From Eledone cirrhosa (lineage: Eukaryota), in contig OZ024752.1 in NCBI GenBank assembly GCA_964016885.1, positions 19,220,001 through 19,284,000 of the forward strand: a stretch of DNA of 64,000 nt. The letters run 5' to 3'. Position 1 is the stretch's first letter; each line of letters begins with the position of its first letter. The position numbers were made by a program, and so were the translations under genes. A model generated the notes under the pieces. That model saw only the letters and a program-made list of their open reading frames with translations, did no database searches and was not told where the DNA came from. Positions 28,501-43,810 of the stretch are shown piece by piece.

Positions 28501-30880
28501 TGTATAAAACTGAACCCCTTAACCACATAGCTATGCTATATGTATAAAACTGAACCCCTTAACCACACAGCTATGCTATATGTATAAAACTGAACCCCTT
28601 AACCACACAGCTATGCTATATGTATAAAACTGAACCCCTTAACCACACAGCTATGCTATATGTATAAAACTGAACCCCTTAACCACACAGCTATGCTATA
28701 TGTATAAAACTGACACCTTAACCACACAGCTATGCTATATGTATAAAACTGAACTCCTTAATCACACAGCTATGCTATATGTATAAAACTGAACCCCTTA
28801 ACCACACAGCTATGCTATATGTATAAAACTGAACCCCTTAACCACACAGCTATGCTATATGTATAAAACTGAACCCCTAAACCACACAGCTATGCTATAT
28901 GTATAAAACTGAATCCCTTAACCACACAGCTAAGCGATATGTATAAAACTGAACCCCTAAACCACACAGCTATGCTATATGTATAAAACTGAACTCCTTA
29001 ATCACACAGCTATGCTATATGTATAAAACTGAACCCCTTAACCACACAGCTATGCTATATGTATAAAACTGAACCCCTTAACCACACAGCTATGCTATAT
29101 GTATAAAACTGAACCCCTTAACCACACAGCTATGCGATATGTATAAAACTGAACCCCTTAACCACACAGCTATGCTATATGTATATAACTGAACCCCTAA
29201 ACCACACAGCTATGCTATATGTATAAAACTGACACCTTAACCACACAGCTATGCGATATGTATAAAACTGAACCCCTTAACCACACAGCTATGCTATATG
29301 TATAAAACTGAACCCCTAAACCACACAGCTATGCTATATGTATAAAACTGAACCCCTTAACCACACAGCTATGCGATATGTATAAAACTGAACCCCTTAA
29401 CCACACAGCTATGCTATATGTATAAAACTGAACCCCTTAACCACACAGCTATGCTATATGTATAAAACTGAACCCCTTAACCACACAGCTATGCTATATG
29501 TATAAAACTGAACCCCTTAACCACACAGCTATGCTATATGTATAAAACTGAACCCCTTAACCACACAGCTATGCTATATGTATAAAACTGAACCCCTTAA
29601 CCACACAGCTATGCTATATGCATAAAACTGAACCCCTTAACCACACAGCTATGCTATATGTATAAAACTGAACCCCTTAACCACACAGCTATGCTATATG
29701 TATAAAACTGAACCCCTTAACCACACAGCTATGCTATATGTATAAAACTGAACCCCTTAACCACACAGCTATGCTATATGCATAAAACTGAACCCCTTAA
29801 CCACACAGCTATGCTATATGTATAAAACTGAACCCCTTAACCAAACAGCTATGCTATATGCATAAAACTGAACCCCTTAACCACACAGCTATGCTATATG
29901 TATAAAACTGAACCCCTTAACCACACAGCTATGCTATATGTATAAAACTGAACCCCTTAACCACACAGCTATGCTATATGTATAAAACTGAACCCCTTAA
30001 CCACACAGCTATGCTATATGCATAAAACTGAACCCCTTAACCACACAGCTATGCTATATGTATAAAACTGAACCCCTTAACCACACAGCTATGCTATATG
30101 CATAAAACTGAACCCCTTAACCACACAGCTATGCTATATGTATAAAACTGAACCCCTTAACCACACAGCTATGCTATATGTATAAAACTGAACCCCTTAA
30201 CCACACAGCTATGCTATATGTATAAAACTGAACCCCTTAACCACACAGCTATGCTATATGCATAAAACTGAACCCCTTAACCACACAGCTATGCTATATG
30301 TATAAATTTGAACCCCTTAGCCACACAGCTATGCTATATGTATAAAACTGAACCCCTTAACCACACAGCTATGCTATATGTATAAAACTGAACCCCTTAA
30401 CCACACAGCTATGCTATATGTATAAAACTGAACCCCTTAACTACACAGCTATGCTATATGTATAAAACTGAACCCCTTAACCACACAGCTATGCTATATG
30501 TACATAACTGAACCCCTTAACCACACAGCTATGCTATATGTATAAAACTGAACCCCTTAACTACACAGCTATGCTATATGTATAAAACAGAACCCCTTAA
30601 CCACACAGCTATGCTATATGTATAAAACTGAACCCCTTAACCACACAGCTATGCTATATGTATAAAACTGAACCCCTTAACCACACAGCTATGCTATATG
30701 TATGAAACTGAACCCCTTAGCCACACAGCTATGCTATATGTATAAAACTGAAACCCTTAACCACACAGCTATGCTATATGTATAAAACTGACCCCTTAAC
30801 CACACAGCTATGCTATATGTATAAAACTGAACCCCTTAACCACACAGCTATGCTATATGTATAAAACTGAACCCCTTAAC
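22370..30880 (+). repeat. Long segment copy of ~6350-14900 (offset 16,014 then 15,974 bp)
   Basis: Shared ordered markers: GAACACCTT ~6552/~22566, ATGATATATG ~7849/~23823 and ~11484/~27458, AAATTTGAA ~10260/~26234 and ~14333/~30307, CAGAAATG ~12238/~28212. Confidence 0.88.
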
Positions 30881-31989
30881 CACACAGCTATGCTATATGT
30901 AGAAAACTGAACCCCTTAACCACACAGCTATGCTATATGTAGAAAACTGAACCCCTTAACCACACAGCTATGCTATATGTATAAAACTGAACCCCTTAAC
31001 CACACAGCTATGCTATATGTATAAAACTGAACCCCTTAACCACACAGCTATGGTATATGTATAAAACTGAACCCCTTAACCACACAGCTATGCTATATGT
31101 ATAAAACTGAACCCCTTAACCACACAGCTATGCTATATGTATAAAACTGAACCCCTTAACCACACAGCTATGCTATATGTATAAAACTGAACCCCTTAAC
31201 CACACAGCTATGCAATATGTATAAAACTGAACCCCTTAACCACACAGCTATGCTATATGTATAAAACTGAACCCCTTAACCACACAGCTATGCTTTATGT
31301 ATAAAACTGAACCCCTTAACCACACAGCTATGCTATATGTATAAAACTGAACCCCTTAACCACACAGCTATGATATATGTATAAAACGGAATCCCTTAAC
31401 CACACAGCTATGCTATATGTATAAAACTGAACCCCTGAACCACACAGCTATGCCATATGTACATAACTGAACCCCTTAACCACACAGCTATGCTATATGT
31501 ACATAACTGAACCCCTTAACCACACAGCTATGCTATATGCATAAAACTGAACCCCTTAACCACACAGCTATGCTATATGTATGAAACTGAACCCCTTAAC
31601 CACACAGCTATGCTATATGTATAAAACTGAACCCCTTAACCACACAGGTATGCTATATGTATAAAACTGACACCTTAACCACACAGCTATGCTATATGCA
31701 TAAAACTGAACCCCTTAACCACACAGCTATGCTATATGTATGAAACTGAACCCCTAAACCACACAGCTAAGCTATATGTATAAAACTGAACCCCTAAACC
31801 ACACAGCTATGCTATATGTATAAAACTGAACCCCTTAACCACACAGCTATGCGATATGTATAAAATTGAACCCCTTAACCACACAGCTATGCTATATGTA
31901 TATAACTGAACCCTTAACCACACAGCTATGCTATATGTATATAACTGAACCCCTTAACCACACAGCTATGCTATATGCATAAAACTGAA

Positions 31990-34900
31990 CCCCTTAACCA
32001 CACAGCTATGCTATATGTATAAAACTGAACCCCTTAACCACACAGCTATGCTATATGTATAAAACTGAACCCCTTAACCACACAGCTATGGTATATGTAT
32101 AAAACTGAACCCCTTAACCACACAGCTATGCTATATGTATAAAACTGAACCCCTTAACCACACAGCTATGCTATATGTATAAAACTGAACCCCTTAACCA
32201 CACAGCTATGCTATATGTATAAAACTGAACCCCTTAACCACACAGCTATGCAATATGTATAAAACTGAACCCCTTAACCACACAGCTATGCTATATCTAT
32301 AAAACTGAACCCCTTAACCACACAGCTATGCTTTATGTATAAAACTGAACCCCTTAACCACACAGCTATGCTATATGTATAAAACTGAACCCCTTAACCA
32401 CACAGCTATGATATATGTATAAAACGGAATCCCTTAACCACACAGCTATGCTATATGTATAAAACTGAACCCCTGAACCACACAGCTATGCTATATGTAC
32501 ATAACTGAACCCCTTAACCACACAGCTATGCTATATGTACATAACTGAACCCCTTAACCACACAGCTATGCTATATGTATAAAACTGAACCCCTTAACCA
32601 CACAGCTATGCTATATGTATAAAACTGAACCCCTTAACCACACAGCTATGCGATATGTATAAAACTGAACCCCTTAACCACACAGCTATGCTATATGTAT
32701 AAAACTGACCCCTTAACCACACAGCTATGCTATATGTATAAAACTGACCCCTTAACCACACAGCTATGCTATATGTATAAAACTGAACCCCTTAACCACA
32801 CAGCTATGCTATATGTATAAAACTGAACCCCTAAACCACACAGCTATGCTATATGTATAAAACTGAACCCCTTAACCACACAGCTATGCGATATGTATAA
32901 AACTGAACCCCTTAACCACACAGCTATGCTATATGTATATAACTGAACCCCTTAACCACACAGCTATGCTATATGTATATAACTGAACCCCTTAACCACA
33001 CAGCTATGCTATATGCATAAAACTGAACCCCTTAACCACACAGCTATGCTATATGTGTAAAACTGAACCCCCTAACCAGACAGCTATGCTATATGTATGA
33101 AACTGAACCCCTTAACCACACAGCTATGCTATATGTATAAAACTGAAACCCTTAACCACACAGAAATGCTATATGTATAAAACTGAACTCCTTAACCACA
33201 CAGCTATGCTATATGTATGAAACTGAACCCCTTAACCACACAGCTATGCTATATGTATAAAACGGAACCCCTTAACCACACAGCTATGCTATATGTATAA
33301 AACTGAACCCCTGAACCACACAGCTATGCTATATGTATAAAACTGAACCCCTTAACCACACAGGTATGCTATATGTATAAAACTGACACCTTAACCAAAC
33401 AGCTATGCTATATGTATAAAACAGAACCCCTTAACCACACAGCTATGCTATATGTATAAAACTGAACCCCTTAACCACACAGCTATGCTATATGTATAAA
33501 ACTGAACCCCTTAACCACACAGCTATGCTATATGTATAAAACTGAACCCCTTAACCACACAGCTATGCTATATGTATAAAACTGAACCCCTTAACCACAC
33601 AGCTATGCTATATGTATAAAACTGAACCCCTTAACCACACAGCTATGCTATATGTATAAAACTGACACCTTAACCACACAGCTATGCTATATGTATAAAA
33701 CTGAACTCCTTAATCACACAGCTATGCTATATGTATAAAACTGAACCCCTTAACCACACAGCTATGCTATATGTATAAAACTGAACCCCTTAACCACACA
33801 GCTATGCTATATGTATAAAACTGAACCCCTAAACCACACAGCTATGCTATATGTATAAAACTGAATCCCTTAACCACACAGCTATGCGATATGTATAAAA
33901 CTGAACCCCTAAACCACACAGCTATGCTATATGTATAAAACTGAACTCCTTAATCACACAGCTATGCTATATGTATAAAACTGAACCCCTTAACCACACA
34001 GCTATGCTATATGTATAAAACTGAACCCCTTAACCACACAGCTATGCTATATGTATAAAACTGAACCCCTTAACCACACAGCTATGCGATATGTATAAAA
34101 CTGAACCCCTTAACCACACAGCTATGCTATATGTATATAACTGAACCCCTAAACCACACAGCTATGCTATATGTATAAAACTGACACCTTAACCACACAG
34201 CTATGCGATATGTATAAAACTGAACCCCTTAACCACACAGCTATGCTATATGTATAAAACTGAACCCCTAAACCACACAGCTATGCTATATGTATAAAAC
34301 TGAACCCCTTAACCACACAGCTATGCGATATGTATAAAACTGAACCCCTTAACCACACAGCTATGCTATATGTATAAAACTGAACCCCTTAACCACACAG
34401 CTATGCTATATGTATAAAACTGAACCCCTTAACCACACAGCTATGCTATATGTATAAAACTGAACCCCTTAACCACACAGCTATGCTATATGTATAAAAC
34501 TGAACCCCTTAACCACACAGCTATGCTATATGTATAAAACTGAACCCCTTAACCACACAGCTATGCTATATGCATAAAACTGAACCCCTTAACCACACAG
34601 CTATGCTATATGTATAAAACTGAACCCCTTAACCACACAGCTATGCTATATGTATAAAACTGAACCCCTTAACCACACAGCTATGCTATATGTATAAAAC
34701 TGAACCCCTTAACCACACAGCTATGCTATATGCATAAAACTGAACCCCTTAACCACACAGCTATGCTATATGTATAAAACTGAACCCCTTAACCACACAG
34801 CTATGCTATATGCATAAAACTGAACCCCTTAACCACACAGCTATGCTATATGTATAAAACTGAACCCCTTAACCACACAGCTATGCTATATGTATAAAAC

Positions 34901-37900
34901 TGAACCCCTTAACCACACAGCTATGCTATATGTATAAAACTGAACCCCTTAACCACACAGCTATGCTATATGCATAAAACTGAACCCCTTAACCACACAG
35001 CTATGCTATATGTATAAAACTGAACCCCTTAACCACACAGCTATGCTATATGCATAAAACTGAACCCCTTAACCACACAGCTATGCTATATGTATAAAAC
35101 TGAACCCCTTAACCACACAGCTATGCTATATGTATAAAACTGAACCCCTTAACCACACAGCTATGCTATATGTATAAAACTGAACCCCTTAACCACACAG
35201 CTATGCTATATGCATAAAACTGAACCCCTTAACCACACAGCTATGCTATATGTATAAATTTGAACCCCTTAGCCACACAGCTATGCTATATGTATAAAAC
35301 TGAACCCCTTAACCACACAGCTATGCTATATGTATAAAACTGAACCCCTTAACCACACAGCTATGCTATATGTATAAAACTGAACCCCTTAACTACACAG
35401 CTATGCTATATGTATAAAACTGAACCCCTTAACCACACAGCTATGCTATATGTACATAACTGAACCCCTTAACCACACAGCTATGCTATATGTATAAAAC
35501 TGAACCCCTTAACTACACAGCTATGCTATATGTATAAAACAGAACCCCTTAACCACACAGCTATGCTATATGTATAAAACTGAACCCCTTAACCACACAG
35601 CTATGCTATATGTATAAAACTGAACCCCTTAACCACACAGCTATGCTATATGTATGAAACTGAACCCCTTAGCCACACAGCTATGCTATATGTATAAAAC
35701 TGAAACCCTTAACCACACAGCTATGCTATATGTATAAAACTGACCCCTTAACCACACAGCTATGCTATATGTATAAAACTGAACCCCTTAACCACACAGC
35801 TATGCTATATGTATAAAACTGAACCCCTTAACCACACAGCTATGCTATATGTATAAAACTGAACCCCTTAACCACACAGCTATGCTATATGTATAAAACT
35901 GAACCCCTTAACCACACAGCTATGCTATATGTATAAAACTGAACCCCTTAACCACACAGCTATGCTATATGTATAAAACTGAACCCCTTAACCACACAGC
36001 TATGCTATATGTATAAAACTGAACCCCTTAACCACACAGCTATGCTATATGTATGAAACTGAACTCCTTAATCACACAGCTATGCTATATGTATAAAACT
36101 GAACCCCTTAACCACACAGCTATGCTATATGTATAAAACTGAACCCCTTAACCACACAGCTATGCTATATGTATAAAACTGAACCCCTTAACCACACAGC
36201 TATGCGATATGTATAAAACTGAACCCCTTAACCACACAGCTTTGCTATATGTATAAAACTGACCCCTTAACCACACAGCTATGCTATATGTATAAAACTG
36301 ACCCCTTAACCACACAGCTATGCTATATGTATAAAACTGAACCCCTTAACCACACAGCTATGCTATATGTATAAAACTGAACCCCTAAACCACACAGCTA
36401 TGCTATATGTATAAAACTGAACCCCTTAACCACACAGCTATGCGATATGTATAAAACTGAACCCCTTAACCACACAGCTATGCTATATGTATATAACTGA
36501 ACCCTTTAACCACACAGCTATGCTATATGTATATAACTGAACCCCTTAACCACACAGCTATGCTATATGCATAAAACTGAACCCCTTAACCACACAGCTA
36601 TGCTATATGTGTAAAACTGAACCCCCTAACCAGGCAGCTATGCTATATGTATGAAACTGAACCCCTTAACCACACAGCTATGCTATATGTATAAAACTGA
36701 AACCCTTAACCACACAGAAATGCTATATGTATAAAACTGAACTCCTTAACCACACAGCTATGCTATATGTATGAAACTGAACCCCTTAACCACACAGCTA
36801 TGCTATATGTATAAAACGGAACCCCTTAACCACACAGCTATGCTATATGTATAAAACTGAACCCCTGAACCACACAGCTATGCTATATGTATAAAACTGA
36901 ACCCCTTAACCACACAGCTATGCTATATGTATAAAACTGAACCTCTTAACCACACAGGTATGCTATATGTATAAAACTGACACCTTAACCAAACAGCTAT
37001 GCTATATGTATAAAACAGAACCCCTTAACCACACAGCTATGCTATATGTATAAAACTGAACCCCTTAACCACACAGCTATGCTATATGTATAAAACTGAA
37101 CCCCTTAACCACACAGCTATGCTATATGTATAAAACTGAACCCCTTAACCACACAGCTATGCTATATGTATAAAACTGAACCCCTTAACCACACAGCTAT
37201 GCTATATGTATAAAACTGAACCCCTTAACCACACAGCTATGCTATATGTATAAAACTGAACCCCTTAACCACACAGCTATGCTATATGTATAAAACTGAA
37301 CCCCTTAACCACACAGCTATGCTATATGTATGAAACTGAACTCCTTAATCACACAGCTATGCTATATGTATAAAACTGAACCCCTTAACCACACAGCTAT
37401 GCTATATGTATAAAACTGAACCCCTTAACCACACAGCTATGCTATATGTATAAAACTGAACCCCTTAACCACACAGCTATGCGATATGTATAAAACTGAA
37501 CCCCTTAACCACACAGCTATGCTATATGTATAAAACTGACCCCTTAACCACACAGCTATGCTATATGTATAAAACTGACCCCTTAACCACACAGCTATGC
37601 TATATGTATAAAACTGAACCCCTTAACCACACAGCTATGCTATATGTATAAAACTGAACCCCTAAACCACACAGCTATGCTATATGTATAAAACTGAACC
37701 CCTTAACCACACAGCTATGCGATATGTATAAAACTGAACCCCTTAACCACACAGCTATGCTATATGTATATAACTGAACCCTTTAACCACACAGCTATGC
37801 TATATGTATATAACTGAACCCCTTAATCACACAGCTATGCTATATGCATAAAACTGAACCCCTTAACCACACAGCTATGCTATATGTGTAAAACTGAACC

Positions 37901-38550
37901 CCCTAACCAGGCAGCTATGCTATATGTATGAAACTGAACCCCTTAACCACACAGCTATGCTATATGTATAAAACTGAAACCCTTAACCACACAGAAATGC
38001 TATATGTATAAAACTGAACTCCTTAACCACACAGCTATGCTATATGTATGAAACTGAACCCCTTAACCACACAGCTATGCTATATGTATAAAACGGAACC
38101 CCTTAACCACACAGCTATGCTATATGTATAAAACTGAACCCCTGAACCACACAGCTATGCTATATGTATAAAACTGAACCCCTTAACCACACAGCTATGC
38201 TATATGTATAAAACTGAACCTCTTAACCACACAGGTATGCTATATGTATAAAACTGACACCTTAACCAAACAGCTATGCTATATGTATAAAACAGAACCC
38301 CTTAACCACACAGCTATGCTATATGTATAAAACTGAACCCCTTAACCACACAGCTATGCTATATGTATAAAACTGAACCCCTTAACCACACAGCTATGCT
38401 ATATGTATAAAACTGAACCCCTTAACCACACAGCTATGCTATATGTATGAAACTGAACCCCTTAACCACACAGCTATGCTATATGTATAAAACTGAACCC
38501 CTTAACCACACAGCTATGCTATATGTATAAAACTGAACTCCTTAATCACA
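31990..38550 (+). repeat. Long segment copy of ~11060-17620 (offset ~20,926 bp)
   Basis: Shared ordered markers: ATGATATATG ~11484/~32410, CAGAAATG ~12238/~33164, ~15792/~36718 and ~17069/~37995, AAATTTGAA ~14333/~35259. Confidence 0.87.
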
Positions 38551-40069
38551 CAGCTATGCTATATGTATAAAACTGAACCCCTAAACCACACAGCTATGCT
38601 ATATGTATAAAACTGAATCCCTTAACCACACAGCTATGCGATATGTATAAAACTGAACCCCTTAACCACACAGCTATGCTATATGTATAAAACTGAACTC
38701 CTTAATCACACAGCTATGCTATATGTATAAAACTGAACCCCTTAACCACACAGCTATGCTATATGTATAAAACTGAACCCCTTAACCACACAGCTATGCT
38801 ATATGTATAAAACTGAACCCCTTAACCACACAACTATGCGATATGTATAAAACTGAACCCCTTAACCACACAGCTATGCTATATGTATATAACTGAACCC
38901 CTAAACCACACAGCTATGCTATATGTATAAAACTGACACCTTAACCACACAGCTATGCGATATGTATAAAACTGAACCCCTTAACCACACAGCTATGCTA
39001 TATGCATAAAACTGAACCCCTAAACCACACAGCTATGCTATATGTATAAAACTGAACCCCTTAACCACACAGCTATGCGATATGTATAAAACTGAACCCC
39101 TTAACCACACAGCTATGCTATATGTATATAACTGAACCCCTTAACCACACAGCTATGCTATATGTATAAAACTGAACCCCTTAACCACACAGCTATGCTA
39201 TATGTATAAAACTGAACCCCTTAACCACACAGCTATGCTATATGTATAAAACTGAACCCCTTAACCACACAGCTATGCTATATGTATAAAACTGAACCCC
39301 TTAACCACACAGCTATGCTATATGCATAAAACTGAACCCCTTAACCACACAGCTATGCTATATGTATAAAACTGAACCCCTTAACCACACAGCTATGCTA
39401 TATGTATAAAACTGAACCCCTTAACCACACAGCTATGCTATATGTATAAAACTGAACCCCTTAACCACACAGCTATGCTATATGCATAAAACTGAACCCC
39501 TTAACCACACAGCTATGCTATATGTATAAAACTGAACCCCTTAACCACACAGCTATGCTATATGTATAAAACTGAACCCCTTAACCACACAGCTATGCTA
39601 TATGTATAAAACTGAACCCCTTAACCACACAGCTATGCTATATGTATAAAACTGAACCCCTTAACCACACAGCTATGCTATATGTATAAAACTGAACCCC
39701 TTAACCACACAGCTATGCTATATGTATAAAACTGAACCCCTTAACCACACAGCTATGCTATATGCATAAAACTGAACCCCTTAACCACACAGCTATGCTA
39801 TATGTATAAAACTGAACCCCTTAACCACACAGCTATGCTATATGTATAAAACTGAACCCCTTAACCACACAGCTATGCTATATGTATAAAACTGAACCCC
39901 TTAACCACACAGCTATGCTATATGCATAAAACTGAACCCCTTAACCACACAGCTATGCTATATGTATAAAACTGAACCCCTTAACCACACAGCTATGCTA
40001 TATGGATAAAACTGAACCCCTTAACCACACAGCTATGCTATATGTATAAAACTGAACCCCTTAACCACA

Positions 40070-43000
40070 CAGCTATGCTATATGTATAAAACTGAAACCC
40101 TTAACCACACAGAAATGCTATATGTATAAAACTGAACTCCTTAACCACACAGCTATGCTATATGTATGAAACTGAACCCCTTAACCACACAGCTATGCTA
40201 TATGTATAAAACGGAACCCCTTAACCACACAGCTATGCTATATGTATAAAACTGAACCCCTGAACCACACAGCTATGCTATATGTATAAAACTGAACCCC
40301 TTAACCACACAGCTATGCTATATGTATAAAACTGAACCTCTTAACCACACAGGTATGCTATATGTATAAAACTGACACCTTAACCAAACAGCTATGCTAT
40401 ATGTATAAAACAGAACCCCTTAACCACACAGCTATGCTATATGTATAAAACTGAACCCCTTAACCACACAGCTATGCTATATGTATAAAACTGAACCCCT
40501 TAACCACACAGCTATGCTATATGTATAAAACTGAACCCCTTAACCACACAGCTATGCTATATGTATGAAACTGAACCCCTTAACCACACAGCTATGCTAT
40601 ATGTATAAAACTGAACCCCTTAACCACACAGCTATGCTATATGTATAAAACTGAACTCCTTAATCACACAGCTATGCTATATGTATAAAACTGAACCCCT
40701 TAACCACACAGCTATGCTATATGTATAAAACTCAACCCCTTAACCACACAGCTATGCTATATGTATAAAACTGAACCCCTTAACCACACAGCTATGCTAT
40801 ATGTATAAAACTGACACCTTAACCACACAGCTATGCTATATGTATAAAACTGAACTCCTTAATCACACAGCTATGCTATATGTATAAAACTGAACCCCTT
40901 AACCACACAGCTATGCTATATGTATAAAACTGAACCCCTTAACCACACAGCTATGCTATATGTATAAAACTGAACCCCTAAACCACACAGCTATGCTATA
41001 TGTATAAAACTGAATCCCTTAACCACACAGCTATGCGATATGTATAAAACTGAACCCCTTAACCACACAGCTATGCTATATGTATAAAACTGAACTCCTT
41101 AATCACACAGCTATGCTATATGTATAAAACTGAACCCCTTAACCACACAGCTATGCTATATGTATAAAACTGAACCCCTTAACCACACAGCTATGCTATA
41201 TGTATAAAACTGAACCCCTTAACCACACAACTATGCGATATGTATAAAACTGAACCCCTTAACCACACAGCTATGCTATATGTATATAACTGAACCCCTA
41301 AACCACACAGCTATGCTATATGTATAAAACTGACACCTTAACCACACAGCTATGCGATATGTATAAAACTGAACCCCTTAACCACACAGCTATGCTATAT
41401 GCATAAAACTGAACCCCTAAACCACACAGCTATGCTATATGTATAAAACTGAACCCCTTAACCACACAGCTATGCGATATGTATAAAACTGAACCCCTTA
41501 ACCACACAGCTATGCTATATGTATAAAACTGAACCCCTTAACCACACAGCTATGCTATATGTATAAAACTGAACCCCTTAACCACACAGCTATGCTATAT
41601 GTATAAAACTGAACCCCTTAACCACACAGCTATGCTATATGTATAAAACTGAACCCCTTAACCACACAGCTATGCTATATGTATAAAACTGAACCCCTTA
41701 ACCACACAGCTATGCTATATGCATAAAACTGAACCCCTTAACCACACAGCTATGCTATATGTATAAAACTGAACCCCTTAACCACACAGCTATGCTATAT
41801 GTATAAAACTGAACCCCTTAACCACACAGCTATGCTATATGTATAAAACTGAACCCCTTAACCACACAGCTATGCTATATGCATAAAACTGAACCCCTTA
41901 ACCACACAGCTATGCTATATGTATAAAACTGAACCCCTTAACCACACAGCTATGCTATATGGATAAAACTGAACCCCTTAACCACACAGCTATGCTATAT
42001 GTATAAAACTGAACCCCTTAACCACACAGCTATGCTATATGTATAAAACTGAACCCCTTAACCACACAGCTATGCTATATGTATAAAACTGAACCCCTTA
42101 ACCACACAGCTATGCTATATGCATAAAACTGAACCCCTTAACCACACAGCTATGCTATATGTATAAAACTGAACCCCTTAACCACACAGCTATGCTATAT
42201 GCATAAAACTGAACCCCTTAACCACACAGCTATGCTATATGTATAAAACTGAACCCCTTAACCACACAGCTATGCTATATGTATAAAACTGAACCCCTTA
42301 ACCACACAGCTATGCTATATGTATAAAACTGAACACCTTAACCACACAGCTATGCTATATGCATAAAACTGAACCCCTTAACCACACAGCTATGCTATAT
42401 GTATAAATTTGAACCCCTTAGCCACACAGCTATGCTATATGTATAAAACTGAACCCCTTAACCACACAGCTATGCTATATGTATAAAACTGAACCCCTTA
42501 ACCACACAGCTATGCTATATGTATAAAACTGAACCCCTTAACTACACAGCTATGCTATATGTATAAAACTGAACCCCTTAACCACACAGCTATGCTATAT
42601 GTACATAACTGAACCCCTTAACCACACAGCTATGCTATATGCATAAAACTGAACCCCTTAACCACACAGCTATGCTATATGTACATAACTGAACCCCTTA
42701 ACCACACAGCTATGCTATATGTATAAAACTGACACCTTAACCACACAGCTATGCTATATGTATAAAACTGAACCCCTTAACCACACAGCTATGCTATATG
42801 TATAAAACTGAACCCCTTAACTACACAGCTATGCTATATGTATAAAACAGAACCCCTTAACCACACAGCTATGCTATATGTATAAAACTGAACCCCTTAA
42901 CCACACAGCTATGCTATATGTATAAAACTGAACCCCTTAACCACACAGCTATGCTATATGTATGAAACTGAACCCCTTAGCCACACAGCTATGCTATATG

Positions 43001-43810
43001 TATAAAACTGAAACCCTTAACCACACAGCTATGCTATATGTATAAAACTGACCCCTTAACCACACAGCTATGCTATATGTATAAAACTGAACCCCTTAAC
43101 CACACAGCTATGCTATATGTATAAAACTGAACCCCTTAACCACACAGCTATGCTATATGTAGAAAACTGAACCCCTTAACCACACAGCTATGCTATATGT
43201 AGAAAACTGAACCCCTTAACCACACAGCTATGCTATATGTATAAAACTGAACCCCTTAACCACACAGCTATGCTATATGTATAAAACTGAACCCCTTAAC
43301 CACACAGCTATGGTATATGTATAAAACTGAACCCCTTAACCACACAGCTATGCTATATGTATAAAACTGAACCCCTTAACCACACAGCTATGCTATATGT
43401 ATAAAACTGAACCCCTTAACCACACAGCTATGCTATATGTATAAAACTGAACCCCTTAACCACACAGCTATGCAATATGTATAAAACTGAACCCCTTAAC
43501 CACACAGCTATGCTATATCTATAAAACTGAACCCCTTAACCACACAGCTATGCTTTATGTATAAAACTGAACCCCTTAACCACACAGCTATGCTATATGT
43601 ATAAAACTGAACCCCTTAACCACACAGCTATGATATATGTATAAAACGGAATACCTTAACCACACAGCTATGCTATATGTATAAAACTGAACCCCTGAAC
43701 CACACAGCTATGCTATATGTACATAACTGAACCCCTTAACCACACAGCTATGCTATATGTACATAACTGAACCCCTTAACCACACAGCTATGCTATATGT
43801 ATAAAACTGA
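40070..43810 (+). repeat. Long segment copy of ~4290-8030 (offset 35,783 bp)
   Basis: Shared ordered markers: CAGAAATG ~4329/~40112, CAACTATGCG ~5447/~41230, ATATGGATAA ~6178/~41961, AAATTTGAA ~6625/~42408, ATGATATATG ~7849/~43632. Confidence 0.87.
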